A stretch of DNA of 64,000 nucleotides from Nitrospirota bacterium (GTDB lineage Bacteria; Nitrospirota; UBA9217). The notes below the pieces were generated by a model. The model saw only the letters and a list, made by a program, of their open reading frames with translations. It made no database searches and was not told the DNA's origin. Shown here piece after piece: positions 39,583-50,478 of the stretch (position 1 is the first letter of the stretch; the number at the start of each line of letters is the position of its first letter). The translations under genes were made by a program, and so were the position numbers. The stretch covers positions 1,088,001-1,152,000 of the forward strand of contig CAVUCU010000001.1 in the NCBI GenBank assembly GCA_963740085.1. The letters run 5' to 3'.

Positions 39583-42072
39583 CTAAAACGCCATCGGACT
39601 TATCCACTGGTCCTTTTCCCTGCAGTACATTCCCACGCGCTTTATTCTGAACATCACGGATTGATCTTTCCCGATGTTGAACAGTTGTTCGATCATGTCC
39701 TGTATGCGCGGCTTGAGCTGGTCGTGATCGACCAGCGTACAGACAATGCCATCACGAGCCACGGCAATTGATTCGATGCACGGACGGATGTCCTTCTGCT
39801 TCCCCTCTTTTGCAACGACCACCGATGTCCGCGACAGGAAATCCTTGACCCGCTCTTCGATACCGTCCCGATACGGCGCTGCGATGGTAACGTCATACAC
39901 GTACCTGCCGATGCTGCCGGAAAGGGAAGGGGCTTTCTTCGAAACAACCTTTGATTCAAGTATCCTTACGCCGTCAGGAAGCACATTGTTCAGTCCCTTG
40001 GTGACCTGAAGCAGGTCCGCGAACGGGTCGACCTCCAGGTCAAGATATTCAGTCTCGCTCTCCATGCCCACCGGAAGCGACGGGCCAAAGGCGATCTTCG
40101 GATGAGGGTTGAAACCCCGGGAAAAGGCGATGGGCACCTTTGCACGGACCGCAGCACGATGGAACAGGGTCATGAAATCCAGATGGGAAAGAAAACGGAT
40201 GCGTCCCGACTTGGTGAATTTCATCCTGATGCGGGCGGACATATCAGGCAGTCCCGCGGGTTGAGGCCGGTCTGCCCGCGCGGGTTGCTCCGTTTGTGTT
40301 TGTATCGGTGCCGACGCAGCCGGTTTCCCGAGCGAGGGCGTTCCGCCGTCCGTGCACCCGAGACCGCAATGCTCACACGCCACCCGGCAGTTCTCCGTGG
40401 TCTTCTCCTCCACCGCGCGTTGATACTCGCGCTTCATGAATTCCCGGGTCACACCGCTCCTGACGGCGTCCCAGGGAAGTTCATCCTCCAGCCCGAACGT
40501 CCGTGCTGCATAGGATGAGGCGTCGAGTCCGCATTTCTGAAAGGCTCCGGTCCATTTCTTAAAGTCAAAGTATTCGGTCCAGCCGTCAAAGCGGCACCCG
40601 AGGCGTACAGCCTCTTCGATGACCCTGCCGAGCTGCCGGTCGCCGCGCGCGAATGCCCCTTCCAGCAGGCTCGTCTCGGGGTTGTGGGCCTTCAGGGTGA
40701 TACCGCGCCTCTTCAACCCCTTCTCGAGATAGGCCTGCCTTCTCCGGATCTCCTCGATGGGCGCCTGGCCATGCCACTGGAACGGCGTATGCGGCTTGGG
40801 AACGAAGGTCGAGACGCTGACATTGATCTGCGCCGGCCGCTTGGAGGCGCGTTTGCCGAGGCTCGCGAGTTCGTTGGTGAGCCTGATAATACCGTCAAGG
40901 TCAAGGTCGGTCTCGGTCGGGAGGCCGATCATGAAGTAGAGTTTGATCGTGTTCCATCCGCTCCGGAAGATGGTCTCCGCGGCGTCCATGAGGTCCAGAT
41001 CGGTCACCGGTTTGTTGATGACCCTGCGCAGGCGCTCGGTGCCCGCCTCCGGCGCGAGCGTGAATCCGGTCTTGCGCGTCCCGGCAATGGCCCTGATCAT
41101 CTCCGGCGTGAGCGTGCCCACGCGAAGCGACGGGAGCGAGACCGAAATGCGGCTGTCCCGGTACTTCTCCATCAGCTCGATGATGAGAGGCTGGATCTCC
41201 GAGTAATCGCCTGAGCTCAGCGAGGCGAGAGAAAGTTCGTCATATCCGGTGCAGGCGAGCGATCCGTCGAGCAGCCCTTTCACCGTTTCCGGGCCCCGCT
41301 CCCGGTAAGGCCGGTAGATGATCCCGGCCTGGCAGAACCTGCAGCCGCGGATGCAGCCGCGCGCGACCTCGACGGTCACGCGGTCATGGATCGGTCTCAT
41401 AAGCGGTACGAGAGGTCTGTCAGGATAGGGTGCTGTTTCTATGCTTGCGAGATACCGCCTGCGGACGGTCGTCTTTCCCAGCGAGGGTACGTAAAAACCG
41501 TCTCGTTTCGAGATGGCGCTGAGAAATTCCCGCCTGCCCCGATGTTCCTGCCGGAGCGCCACGATCTCGTGCACGGCCTCCTCGGCCTCGCCGATGAAAA
41601 AGACGTCGATAAAGTCGGAAAGCGGCTCCGGATTCACGGAACAGGGGCCGCCGGCGATGACGAGCGGGTGGCTGTCGGTGCGGTCCTCGGATCGTATCGG
41701 GATCTGTGCAAGCTCCAGCCCGGTCAGGATGTTGGAGTACGAGAGTTCGTACTGGAGGGTGATGCCGATGATGTCGAATTCAGCAAGAGGCAGATTTGAC
41801 TCCAGGCTCGTCAGCGGCCTTCCCGATATGCGGAGCCTGTCCTCATAGTCCGGCCAGGGAGAAAAGACCCGTTCGCATGCCGTGTCCGGCCTGCTGTTCA
41901 GGATGTGGTAGAGGATCCGGATGCCGAGGTGCGACATGCCGACCTCGTAGGTGTCGGGAAAGAAGAGACAGACCGTGGTCTTGACCTGCGCCAGGTCTTT
42001 GTGGATTGCATTGATCTCGGTGTTAATGTACCGCGCGGGCTTGGCGACCAGCGGGAGAAAGTCTTCGAGCAT
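39583..42072 (-). CDS. B12-binding-type radical SAM protein fused to a DUF2344-like domain
   Basis: FPDTYEVGMSHLG, RGCIRGCRFCQAG (CxxxCxxC), APEAGTERLR, C-terminal RFLSHLD..FSRGFNPHPK. Confidence 0.88.
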   Translation of the reverse strand: MLEDFLPLVAKPARYINTEINAIHKDLAQVKTTVCLFFPDTYEVGMSHLGIRILYHILNSRPDTACERVFSPWPDYEDRLRISGRPLTSLESNLPLAEFDIIGITLQYELSYSNILTGLELAQIPIRSEDRTDSHPLVIAGGPCSVNPEPLSDFIDVFFIGEAEEAVHEIVALRQEHRGRREFLSAISKRDGFYVPSLGKTTVRRRYLASIETAPYPDRPLVPLMRPIHDRVTVEVARGCIRGCRFCQAGIIYRPYRERGPETVKGLLDGSLACTGYDELSLASLSSGDYSEIQPLIIELMEKYRDSRISVSLPSLRVGTLTPEMIRAIAGTRKTGFTLAPEAGTERLRRVINKPVTDLDLMDAAETIFRSGWNTIKLYFMIGLPTETDLDLDGIIRLTNELASLGKRASKRPAQINVSVSTFVPKPHTPFQWHGQAPIEEIRRRQAYLEKGLKRRGITLKAHNPETSLLEGAFARGDRQLGRVIEEAVRLGCRFDGWTEYFDFKKWTGAFQKCGLDASSYAARTFGLEDELPWDAVRSGVTREFMKREYQRAVEEKTTENCRVACEHCGLGCTDGGTPSLGKPAASAPIQTQTEQPARADRPQPAGLPDMSARIRMKFTKSGRIRFLSHLDFMTLFHRAAVRAKVPIAFSRGFNPHPKIAFGPSLPVGMESETEYLDLEVDPFADLLQVTKGLNNVLPDGVRILESKVVSKKAPSLSGSIGRYVYDVTIAAPYRDGIEERVKDFLSRTSVVVAKEGKQKDIRPCIESIAVARDGIVCTLVDHDQLKPRIQDMIEQLFNIGKDQSVMFRIKRVGMYCREKDQWISPMAF

Positions 42073-42087
42073 GGAACTCCTTAAAGG

Positions 42088-42177
42088 CAGGGTTCAGGGT
42101 GCAGGGTACGGGGTTCAGCAGGCACTGTCTGGCAGGTCCGGACTTTCCTGAACCCTGTCCCCCGATGTTACACCCTG
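42088..42177. repeat. Inverted element with 7-nt-period arms
   Basis: cagggtt cagggtg cagggta cggggtt ... ctgaaccctgtcccc..caccctg. Confidence 0.65.
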
Positions 42178-42180
42178 CTT

Positions 42181-43311
42181 TTAGTAGAACAGCATAAACC
42201 GCCGTGCCTGGATATTCAAGAGAATTCCGAGCGAGAGAAAGGTCGTGATTATGGAGGTCCCCCCGTAGCTCACGAGGGGAAGCGGTACACCGACGACGGG
42301 CACGATGCCTACGGCCATGCCAATGTTGATGAACACATAGAGCGACAGCATGGAGACGATGCCCCCGGCCATCAGCACGCCGAGCCGGTCTTTGGCATTC
42401 TTGGCCGTGTCCACACCAATGAGCAGCAAGGCCACATAGAGGAAAAGCAGAACGCTGCTGCCGACCAATCCGGTCTCCTCCGAGATCACCGCAAAGATGA
42501 AGTCCGTATGGCGCTCCGGCAGGAACGCCATCTGACTCTGTGTGCCTTTGCGGTAACCCCTGCCCGTGATCTGGCCCGAACCCACGGAGATCTTGGACTG
42601 GTTCGCGTGGTAGCCGCTCCCGAGCGGGTCCGAGCTCGGATCGATGAAAGCCTTGATCCGGTTCTGCTGGTACGGCTTGAGAGAACTCCAGATCTTGTGG
42701 CGCACCGGCGACACCAGAAAAACCAGGGATGCGATCGTCGCCCCGACAAGAAGCACGACCACGACTGACCGCAGACGGATGCCGGCAATCATGACGATCA
42801 TGGACGATGTCAGTAACAACATGATCGCGGTCCCCAGGTCCGGCTGCTTGAGCACGAGCACGAGCGGGACCAGGACCATGACCATGGGTATGCCCAGGTC
42901 CTTGAGCTCATAGTTGCCCTGTTTCGGGTCCTCGGCAAAATACCGTGCGAGGGCAAGCGTGAGCGAGATCTTGGCAAGCTCCGATGGCTGGAACGCGAAG
43001 GGGCCTATGGCGAGCCAGCGCTGCGCTCCCATGCCGGTCTTGCCCATGACCATAACGAGGAACAGGAGCACGAGCGAGATCGCATAAAGCACATAGGCAT
43101 ATCGGCCCACGGTGTGATAGTCGGGGATGAGCGAGAGGAACATGACTATCAACCCGATGGAGACCCATACGATCTGTTTCGTGAACAGGGATGATGGTCC
43201 CCTCGACGTATAGGTCGCGCTGTACACCGCCGCAAGGCCGATGAGCGCGATCGTGAACACCGTGAACACCATTCCCCAGGGCAGATTATCGAACCGTCTT
43301 TGGCTCAACAT
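42181..43311 (-). CDS. rodA: Rod shape-determining SEDS glycosyltransferase RodA
   Basis: GAQRWL, QPSELAK, QPDLGT, LPERHTDFIF, PLPLVSYGG. Confidence 0.96.
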   Translation of the reverse strand: MLSQRRFDNLPWGMVFTVFTIALIGLAAVYSATYTSRGPSSLFTKQIVWVSIGLIVMFLSLIPDYHTVGRYAYVLYAISLVLLFLVMVMGKTGMGAQRWLAIGPFAFQPSELAKISLTLALARYFAEDPKQGNYELKDLGIPMVMVLVPLVLVLKQPDLGTAIMLLLTSSMIVMIAGIRLRSVVVVLLVGATIASLVFLVSPVRHKIWSSLKPYQQNRIKAFIDPSSDPLGSGYHANQSKISVGSGQITGRGYRKGTQSQMAFLPERHTDFIFAVISEETGLVGSSVLLFLYVALLLIGVDTAKNAKDRLGVLMAGGIVSMLSLYVFINIGMAVGIVPVVGVPLPLVSYGGTSIITTFLSLGILLNIQARRFMLFY

Positions 43312-45100
43312 TTTTCAGGTACTCCTCAATGACTCTTTTCGCTATGGGAGCGGCAGCGCTTCCACCATGCCCTCCGTGCTCCACGAGCACGGCCACGGCG
43401 ATCTTCGGATGCACGGCGGGTGCGTAAGCGACGAACCATGCGTGGTCGCTGGTCTCTTCAGAAAGTTTTCGTCCGGCGACCTTCTGCGCAATGACCTGGG
43501 CCGTTCCTGTCTTGCCGGCGACAACCGCGAGCGGGGTAGCAGCCCCATGGGCGGTACCATCCGGTTCGTTGACCACACCGACCAGCGCACTCTGTACTGC
43601 CTCGAGCGCCTTCGGATCAAGTTTGATCGAGCTTTCGTGTTCCGGAGAAAAAACTTTCACAACCCCTGTCTCCCGGTTCCTGGTCCGCTTAAGCAACCGC
43701 GGGCGATGGAAATGTCCGCCATTCGCTACCGCACTCATCATCTGGCAGGCCTGGATCGGGCTGACGAGGACGAAACCCTGGCCTATCGAGTTGATGTACG
43801 TGTCGCCCGGATACCAGGCTTCGCCGGTTCGTTTCTTCTTCCACGCTGTCGTGGGAATAAGCCCCGGCTTTTCGTCAGGCAGAAGGATGCCGGTCAGGCT
43901 CCCATAACCGAGTTTCCGCGCGTACTCGGCTACGCGGTCCCAGCCGATGCGCTCTCCCATGGTATAGAAGTAGACATCGCAGGACTCGACAAGCGCCCGG
44001 TGTAACGAAACCGGACCATGTCCGCCTCTTTTCCAGCACCGGAAGGAGTGCCTGCCGCTCATAAGGTACCCCTTGCAGTCTACGGTATCGTCAGGCTTGA
44101 TCACGCCGGAGTCAAGGCCGGCCAGCGCCACGATGATCTTGAACGTTGAACCGGGCGGATAAACGCTCTGGATCGCGCGGTTGTACATCGGGTGACCCGG
44201 GTCGTTCATGAGCTTCACCCAGTCCTTCGGCGAGATCCCCCGGGGAAAGATGTTCGGGTCGTACGTAGGGTGGCTTGCGAGTGCGAGGATCTCCCCGGTG
44301 TCCGGGTCCATTGCCACGACGGCCCCTGCGCGGCTGCCGAGCCCTTCTTCGGCCGCTTTCTGCGCATCGAGGTCGATGGTAAGGTAGATGTCCGTGCCGG
44401 GCCTTGGCTCCTCGATGCCGAGGTCCTTTACCTTCCTGCCTGCCGCGTTCACCTGGATCATGCGCCTGCCCGCAACCCCGCGCAGCAGTTTATCGTAGAC
44501 CTTTTCAAGCCCCCCCTGGCCGGTCAAAATACCGAGATCTGTCTGCTCTTTCCTGTGCTGGGACACGGTTACCTTGCCGATATAGCCGAACTGATGAGAA
44601 GCCAGTCCCGCATACGGATAATGCCTGAGATGCTCGGGCTCGATGATCGCCCCGGGCAGGTCGTCCTGATGGGCCTCGACCCTGGCCACCTCGTCCCAGG
44701 GCGCCTCTTCCTGGATCTTCACGGGATCATACGTTGTCCTGACATCGTTCGCGTCTTCAAGTATTTTGCGGATGGAATCCGGAGAGATCTTGACGATCGC
44801 CGACAACTTCTCGATCGTGGCATCAAGGTCCTGTGCGTCTTCCGGGATCAGAGAGATATCGAACACGAGCTCATTCTCGACAAGCGGTCTGCCGCTGCGG
44901 TCGTAGATGATGCCCCGCGGCGGTCTGAGCTTCACGGGTCGTATCCGGTTGTTCTCCGCCTGTTCATGGTAATACTCTCCCTTGATCGCCTGAAGATACC
45001 AGAGGCGGATAAAGAGGACCACGGCAAGAAAAATAATGAAGGCCGCCAGGAGCGGAAGCCTTCGCTGAATGCCGGCGGTGCTGTCCTGCTGCTGGTCCAT
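43286..45100 (-). CDS. mrdA: Penicillin-binding protein 2
   Basis: PRGIIYDR, PGSTFK (SxxK), SCD (SxD), KTGTAQ. Confidence 0.95.
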   Translation of the reverse strand: MDQQQDSTAGIQRRLPLLAAFIIFLAVVLFIRLWYLQAIKGEYYHEQAENNRIRPVKLRPPRGIIYDRSGRPLVENELVFDISLIPEDAQDLDATIEKLSAIVKISPDSIRKILEDANDVRTTYDPVKIQEEAPWDEVARVEAHQDDLPGAIIEPEHLRHYPYAGLASHQFGYIGKVTVSQHRKEQTDLGILTGQGGLEKVYDKLLRGVAGRRMIQVNAAGRKVKDLGIEEPRPGTDIYLTIDLDAQKAAEEGLGSRAGAVVAMDPDTGEILALASHPTYDPNIFPRGISPKDWVKLMNDPGHPMYNRAIQSVYPPGSTFKIIVALAGLDSGVIKPDDTVDCKGYLMSGRHSFRCWKRGGHGPVSLHRALVESCDVYFYTMGERIGWDRVAEYARKLGYGSLTGILLPDEKPGLIPTTAWKKKRTGEAWYPGDTYINSIGQGFVLVSPIQACQMMSAVANGGHFHRPRLLKRTRNRETGVVKVFSPEHESSIKLDPKALEAVQSALVGVVNEPDGTAHGAATPLAVVAGKTGTAQVIAQKVAGRKLSEETSDHAWFVAYAPAVHPKIAVAVLVEHGGHGGSAAAPIAKRVIEEYLKNVEPKTVR

Positions 45101-45613
45101 CTACAACTCCTTTTGAACGTCCCGTCTCACCAGAACCGACATGACGTCCTTTCTGACTATTAACTTCAGTAAAACAGCGCCCAGCACGCCCGTATACAGC
45201 GCCCTGGGAAGGATGCGACCCGCCATCAAGCTGACGACCGGGACCGACCCGTAGAACATCTGCAAAAAGAACGCGATGAAGATCCCTTCCAGCAGGCTGA
45301 AGGCCGCAACGAAGATGCTGTTCAATCGGCTGGCAGGATCGAGCACTCTCCTGCCGAGCAGTCCCGCGGAGAAGCCGATCAATCCCCTGGTCAAACCGGA
45401 AAACCCGATGAAGCTTGCGGAACCGATATCCTGGACCAGCCCGATGGCCATGCCCGCCAGGGCGGCCTCCGCGGGTCCGGTCAGCAGTCCGATGATAAAG
45501 AGCAGGACCAGGGCAAGGTCCGGCTTGATACCGCCGAGCGACAGGGAGTCGATGAGGCTTGCCTGAACGGGGATGATCAAAAGCAGGATAATGAAATACA
45601 CGAGAGGTTTCAT
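45101..45613 (-). CDS. mreD: Rod shape-determining protein MreD
   Basis: Hydrophobic; KPDLAL and GLVQD motifs; lies between mreC and mrdA. Confidence 0.88.
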   Translation of the reverse strand: MKPLVYFIILLLIIPVQASLIDSLSLGGIKPDLALVLLFIIGLLTGPAEAALAGMAIGLVQDIGSASFIGFSGLTRGLIGFSAGLLGRRVLDPASRLNSIFVAAFSLLEGIFIAFFLQMFYGSVPVVSLMAGRILPRALYTGVLGAVLLKLIVRKDVMSVLVRRDVQKEL

Positions 45614-46416
45614 TTCATGAGCACCAGCACCTCTTCCAGGCGTGAAAAGCTGACCACGGGGTCCGCCAGCACGGTCTGGAATGCGATGGCCTCATGTTTC
45701 GATACGCTGACAACCCTTGCCACGGCAAGACCTTTGGGATAGATGCCATCAAGACCCGACGTGATGAGCAGATCGCCGTCCTGGATATCTGCGTAGTACG
45801 AAACGTATTTGAGTGCGCAATTGACGAGTTTACCCTCGAGCAGCCCTTCTTCGCGGTTGCGCATGACGCGTACGGCGATTGTGCAGCCGGGGTCGGTGAG
45901 GAGCAGGACCTTTGACGTGCCGGGAAGCACGGCGTGGATCTTTCCAACCACCCCGTGCGCGGTGATCACGGCCATGTCTTTCCGGATGCCGTGGTCCGAA
46001 CCCTTGTTCAGGGTAACGGTGCTGGAAGCCGGTGAAGACTCCTTGCCGATCACCTGGGCCATGATGTCCGTCGGCGGATAGAGCCGTTTAAAATCCAGCG
46101 CATCCCGCAGCCGTTCATTCTCGAGCTGCAATTCGTTCATGACGGCGCTCTCAAGCAGCAGATGTTCATTCTCGGCCCGGAGACGCTGGTTCTCCTGCTG
46201 GGTTCCGACGAGAAGAACATACCCCTTTCCGATGGACACGATGGTGTTAAAAGGCCAGCTTATGATACGTTCGAAAAATCCGGAAATGGCCAGTACCGGC
46301 CTTTCCATGAACGTGAACCGCCCCTTCTTTACCTGGATAGTGACCAGCCAGAAGAGGAGGATAAAGAGGGTAAGAATGGACAGAAATTTTTTGTGTTTTA
46401 CGATAAACCCGGGCAT
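45610..46416 (-). CDS. mreC: Rod shape-determining protein MreC
   Basis: ENQRLR coiled coil, NKGS..GI, TSGLDGIYPKGL, LEEVLV. Confidence 0.93.
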   Translation of the reverse strand: MPGFIVKHKKFLSILTLFILLFWLVTIQVKKGRFTFMERPVLAISGFFERIISWPFNTIVSIGKGYVLLVGTQQENQRLRAENEHLLLESAVMNELQLENERLRDALDFKRLYPPTDIMAQVIGKESSPASSTVTLNKGSDHGIRKDMAVITAHGVVGKIHAVLPGTSKVLLLTDPGCTIAVRVMRNREEGLLEGKLVNCALKYVSYYADIQDGDLLITSGLDGIYPKGLAVARVVSVSKHEAIAFQTVLADPVVSFSRLEEVLVLMK

Positions 46417-46484
46417 CCGCTTCAGCCGCTTTCCGTTACATAAAAGGGGTATTCTTATGACTCAACTACCCCTCTGCCTTGAAA

Positions 46485-46566
46485 CCATGTCCCCGATACA
46501 GCATTCGGGGATGAACGTGTACTGATGAAACCTGGTGGTCATTCCCGAAGGTTCAATCGGGAATCC
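46485..46566. repeat. Pair of REP-like palindromes
   Basis: tccccga-tacagca-ttcgggga and gtcattcccga-aggttca-atcgggaatcc. Confidence 0.55.
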
Positions 46567-46621
46567 GGTATTTTATAATTAACCGCATAGTGTATCTGCC
46601 GGGGTGAAGTAAATGCCCCAA

Positions 46622-47647
46622 CTACATGATGACCTTTTTCAGGATTTCCTCATCATCGAGGACCATGCCGGCCCCGAGCGCCACGCAGGTTAGAGGGTTT
46701 TCGGCGATGATAATGGGAAGGGACGTCTCCTCACGCAGGAAAACGTCAAGCCCCTTCAGCAGCGCGCCTCCGCCGGCAAGCACAATGCCCTTGTCCACAA
46801 TATCGGCCGAAAGCTCCGGCGGCGTGTTCTCGAGCGCCAGCTTGATGCCGTTCAGGATCTGGCTGACCGTTTCCGCGAGCGACTCGCGAACTTCGTCGTC
46901 GTCGAGGACGAGTGTCTTGGGGATGCCGGAGACCAGGTCGCGGCCCTTGATCTCCATCGTATGCCGTTCGTTGTCCGTCTTGTACGCCGAACCGAGTTCG
47001 AGCTTGATCTGTTCGGCCATCATCTCTCCGATCAGAAGGTTGTACTTGCGCTTGATGTAGTTGATGATCGCCTCGTCCATCTTGTCGCCGCCCACGCGGA
47101 TGGCCTTGCTGTAGACCACACCGTCCATGGAGATGACGGCGATGTCCGTGGTTCCGCCGCCGATGTCGACGATCATGTTGCCCGAGGGCTCCGAGATGGG
47201 CAGCCCCGTCCCGATGGCCGCGGCCACGGGCTCCTCGATGAGGAAGACATCCCGTCCGCCGGAGGTGATGGCGGCATCCTTGACCGCGCGCTGCTCCACC
47301 TGCGTGATCCCCGAGGGAACGCCGATGACGATGCGGGGCCGCATGAACGATTTGCGGTTGTGCACCTTGCGGATGAAGTACTTCAGCATCTCGCCGGTGA
47401 TATCGAAATCGGAGATGACGCCGTCCTTGATCGGCCGGATCGTCCTGATGTCGCCGGGCGTGCGGCCGAGCATCCGCTTGGCCTCCACACCCACGGCGAG
47501 CACCTTGCCGGACTTTATGGAAATAGCAACAACGGACGGCTCGTTGCAGATGATCCCCTTCCCTTTCACGTAGACCAGGGTGTTGGCCGTGCCCAGATCG
47601 ATCGCCATGTCATTCGAGAACCAGCCCATGATAGTGTTGATAAACAT
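46622..47647 (-). CDS. mreB: Actin-like rod shape-determining protein MreB
   Basis: [31 protein letters not shown]. Confidence 0.97.
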   Translation of the reverse strand: MFINTIMGWFSNDMAIDLGTANTLVYVKGKGIICNEPSVVAISIKSGKVLAVGVEAKRMLGRTPGDIRTIRPIKDGVISDFDITGEMLKYFIRKVHNRKSFMRPRIVIGVPSGITQVEQRAVKDAAITSGGRDVFLIEEPVAAAIGTGLPISEPSGNMIVDIGGGTTDIAVISMDGVVYSKAIRVGGDKMDEAIINYIKRKYNLLIGEMMAEQIKLELGSAYKTDNERHTMEIKGRDLVSGIPKTLVLDDDEVRESLAETVSQILNGIKLALENTPPELSADIVDKGIVLAGGGALLKGLDVFLREETSLPIIIAENPLTCVALGAGMVLDDEEILKKVIM

Positions 47648-47783
47648 TGTTTTGAGAAGCTCCTTTCGATGAGAGAAAAGCCAAGACTGGACAGATCACA
47701 GCAACCGATAGACAACCACGGGTAGCGCCGTGGACGTGACATGCAAATTTTGCGTGGTAATCCATTACACGCGCAGTGAATAC

Positions 47784-48269
47784 TTATTGCCGGCTATCGA
47801 GAGGCCCGTTCGTGCCTGTTGACGAGGCCCCGGGGTGCTGCTCCGACGCGGGCTTTTTCTCGTCGCGCACCGGTGCCGCCAGAACGACCTGCGTCCGCGC
47901 CAGCATGTCGCCGAGCCGCATCCCCCCCCTGTCACCGAGGGCGGTAAGGCCTTCCATGCCGATGACGAGCGGGCAGAGTATCCAGCCCGCGTAGGGTATC
48001 AAAAAAAGAAAATAGGCCAGAACGATCGTGACATTCCTGATGATCGAATCCCGATAGGTCGCCGCGGGCCCGGAATCCTCCAACGAGATCACCCGGATGC
48101 CGATGAGCTTTTTCCCGACACTTTGGCGGTCAAACAGCCCATCGCGGATGAGGATATATCCTGAGGCAGACAAAAAACCGATGACATCCGGCAATCGTGC
48201 CAGGCCGATGATAAGCAGAAGATCGACAAGTCCTGCGACTGCCCTGATTGTCATGTTTGCCCTTTGCAA
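47784..48269 (-). CDS. RDD-family membrane protein
   Basis: R..A..VD, QSVGKKLIGIRV, RLGDMLARTQV. Confidence 0.8.
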   Translation of the reverse strand: MQRANMTIRAVAGLVDLLLIIGLARLPDVIGFLSASGYILIRDGLFDRQSVGKKLIGIRVISLEDSGPAATYRDSIIRNVTIVLAYFLFLIPYAGWILCPLVIGMEGLTALGDRGGMRLGDMLARTQVVLAAPVRDEKKPASEQHPGASSTGTNGPLDSRQ

Positions 48270-48557
48270 TGAGCCTCCTGCACGTGTTCATACTAGCAGA
48301 ATAAAAAATGTATTTCAAGACTAAAAAAATTCGGGTGCTGAAAAAAGAACAAAAACGGCCTGTGAGAGACGCCCGGCGATGAGGAACGAAGCGCCCGTCC
48401 TCAAAAGAAATAGCGCTTTTCCACGCAAAAAGGTGTATACTGTACCCTTGTCGGGAAGACGTCCGATTCAAACCTGTCCTCATGATCTGTCCTTCCCGGC
48501 AAACAATCCGCAGTTCGCTGCAGCTTGATCATGTCAACCAATGAAAAGGAGAACACT

Positions 48558-48962
48558 ATGCTCGAAAAAGTTAAGGCGGGTGAGAACATTACTTCGTACT
48601 GCACCAAGTGCAAGTTGAACCTTGACCACACGATCGTGGCCGTGACCGGTGAGACCATCGCCAAGGTAAAATGCAAGACCTGCGGCAGTGCTCACAAGTT
48701 CAGAGACCCCGCGGACGTTAAAAAGCCCCGGATAGCGAAAAAGAAGGTGGATGCCGTGAAAACGGCCGAAACCTTGTGGGAGACCAGCCTGTCCGAGACA
48801 AAGGGTAAAGAGCGTGTATATGACATGTCCGGAAAATACCGGATAGGTGATATTGTCCTCCATAGCACCTTTGGCAAGGGTATCGTGCGGAAGCTCTATC
48901 TGAACAAGTGCGACATGCTCTTCAAGGACAAAGAGCGCCTGATGGCGTCGGCGAACCAGTAA
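48558..48962 (+). CDS. Hypothetical protein with a Zn-ribbon-like N-terminus and an SH3-like C-terminus
   Basis: CTKC...H...CKTC...H; Y.IGD...H..FG.G.V; AGGAG RBS. Confidence 0.75.
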   Translation: MLEKVKAGENITSYCTKCKLNLDHTIVAVTGETIAKVKCKTCGSAHKFRDPADVKKPRIAKKKVDAVKTAETLWETSLSETKGKERVYDMSGKYRIGDIVLHSTFGKGIVRKLYLNKCDMLFKDKERLMASANQ

Positions 48963-49000
48963 CCTGCATTATTCGTATCTACTCAGGCCAAAATCTGTTA

Positions 49001-49092
49001 GCCGCGAAAGAACGCAAGGATCGCAAAGAGAATTAAAACTGAAACACATGGGTGCAGGTTTTTTCTTTGAGTTCTTTGCGATCTTTCGCGGC
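49001..49092. repeat. Inverted element with 9-nt-period arms
   Basis: gccgcgaaagaacgcaaggatcgcaaaga ... tctttgagttctttgcgatctttcgcggc. Confidence 0.75.
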
Positions 49093-49120
49093 AAACGCTA
49101 TTGTTCTTTTATCCCCCGAC

Positions 49121-50293
49121 ATGCTCAAATCCAGCATCCTCATCACCTGCCCCAAAGGTATACCCCCTTTTCTGAAGCAGGAACTGATCAACGGGAACTT
49201 CCCCGTGCTGTCCGAAAACATCGCCGGCGTCGGGACCGAGGGCAGCCTCGACGATGCCATGAGCCTGAATCTTTCACTTCGCACGGGCCACCGTGTGCTG
49301 GTCGTTCTCAGGGAATTCCGGGCCAGGGACGCAGACGAACTCTATCATGCCTTGCATGACATCGCCTGGGAGCAGCACATCCCCGAGGACGGGTATCTCT
49401 GCGTCACTTCGAGCGTCAGCAACCCGACGATCAAGGACTCGCGCTTCGCAAGCCTGAAATGCAAAGACGCCATTGTCGACCGCATAAAAGAAAAATGCGG
49501 AGTACGGCCCGACTCCGGCCCCGAACGGGACCGGTCCGTGGTTCATCTCTACTGGAAAGAGGACCGGTGTTCGGTGTATCTCGACACCTCGGGAGAACCG
49601 CTCTCGCGTCGCGGCTACCGGAAGATCCCGCTGGGCGCGCCCATGCAGGAGACGCTGGCCGCCGCGGTCGTGCTTGCCACCGGCTGGGACGGCACGGGAA
49701 ACTTCATCAACCCCATGTGCGGCAGCGGCACGCTTGCTATCGAGGCGGCGCTCATCGGCCTGGACCGCGCGCCGGGGCTCCTCAGGGGCAACTTCGGGTT
49801 CATGCACCTCAAAGGCTATAGCGAAGCGCGCTGGAACGAGCTGCGCGAGGCATCACGGAAGAAGGCAAAAAAAAGCCTGCCGGGGAAGATCATCGCCACG
49901 GACATCAGCCCTCATGCCGTCGAAGCAGCGCGGAAAAATGCGGCCACGGCCGGCGTGGAACACCTCATCGACTTCGGAGTCTGCGACTTTTCCGACACTC
50001 CCCTGCCCGGGAACAGCGGCGTCATCGTGCTGAATCCCGAGTACGGCGAACGGATGGGCGAGGTCCAAAAGCTCGAGGCCACCTACAAGGACATCGGCGA
50101 TTATCTCAAGCAGAAATGCAGGGGATTTTCCGGCTACGTGTTCACGGGCAGCCCGATCCTCGCCAAAAAGATAAGCCTGAAGCCGAAGAGGACCTTTCAA
50201 TTCTTCAACAGCGGGATCGAGTGCCGGTTGCTTGAATACGAGCTGTATGAAGGGACCAGAAAGTTCAAAAGACCGAAACCGTCGCAGGACTGA
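49121..50293 (+). CDS. THUMP-domain RNA methyltransferase (RlmL-like)
   Basis: KDAIVD, DTSGEPLSRRGYR, APMQETLAAA, PMCGSGT, NPEYGER. Confidence 0.88.
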   Translation: MLKSSILITCPKGIPPFLKQELINGNFPVLSENIAGVGTEGSLDDAMSLNLSLRTGHRVLVVLREFRARDADELYHALHDIAWEQHIPEDGYLCVTSSVSNPTIKDSRFASLKCKDAIVDRIKEKCGVRPDSGPERDRSVVHLYWKEDRCSVYLDTSGEPLSRRGYRKIPLGAPMQETLAAAVVLATGWDGTGNFINPMCGSGTLAIEAALIGLDRAPGLLRGNFGFMHLKGYSEARWNELREASRKKAKKSLPGKIIATDISPHAVEAARKNAATAGVEHLIDFGVCDFSDTPLPGNSGVIVLNPEYGERMGEVQKLEATYKDIGDYLKQKCRGFSGYVFTGSPILAKKISLKPKRTFQFFNSGIECRLLEYELYEGTRKFKRPKPSQD

Positions 50294-50478
50294 GACTCTC
50301 CCCCGGGCATTTCAGTCATGGCCGGAACGCGGTTGACTGAACGTGAAAATCAGCATCGGCACCGTTTCCCCCGTCAATGATCCAGCCGGAAAGTAAAATA
50401 TGATTTGCCATATCGGTCCTCCTGCGTTATTATGCAAAGTTGTTTGAACAAACCATCTTCTCCCTGCAAGGAAGGCAA

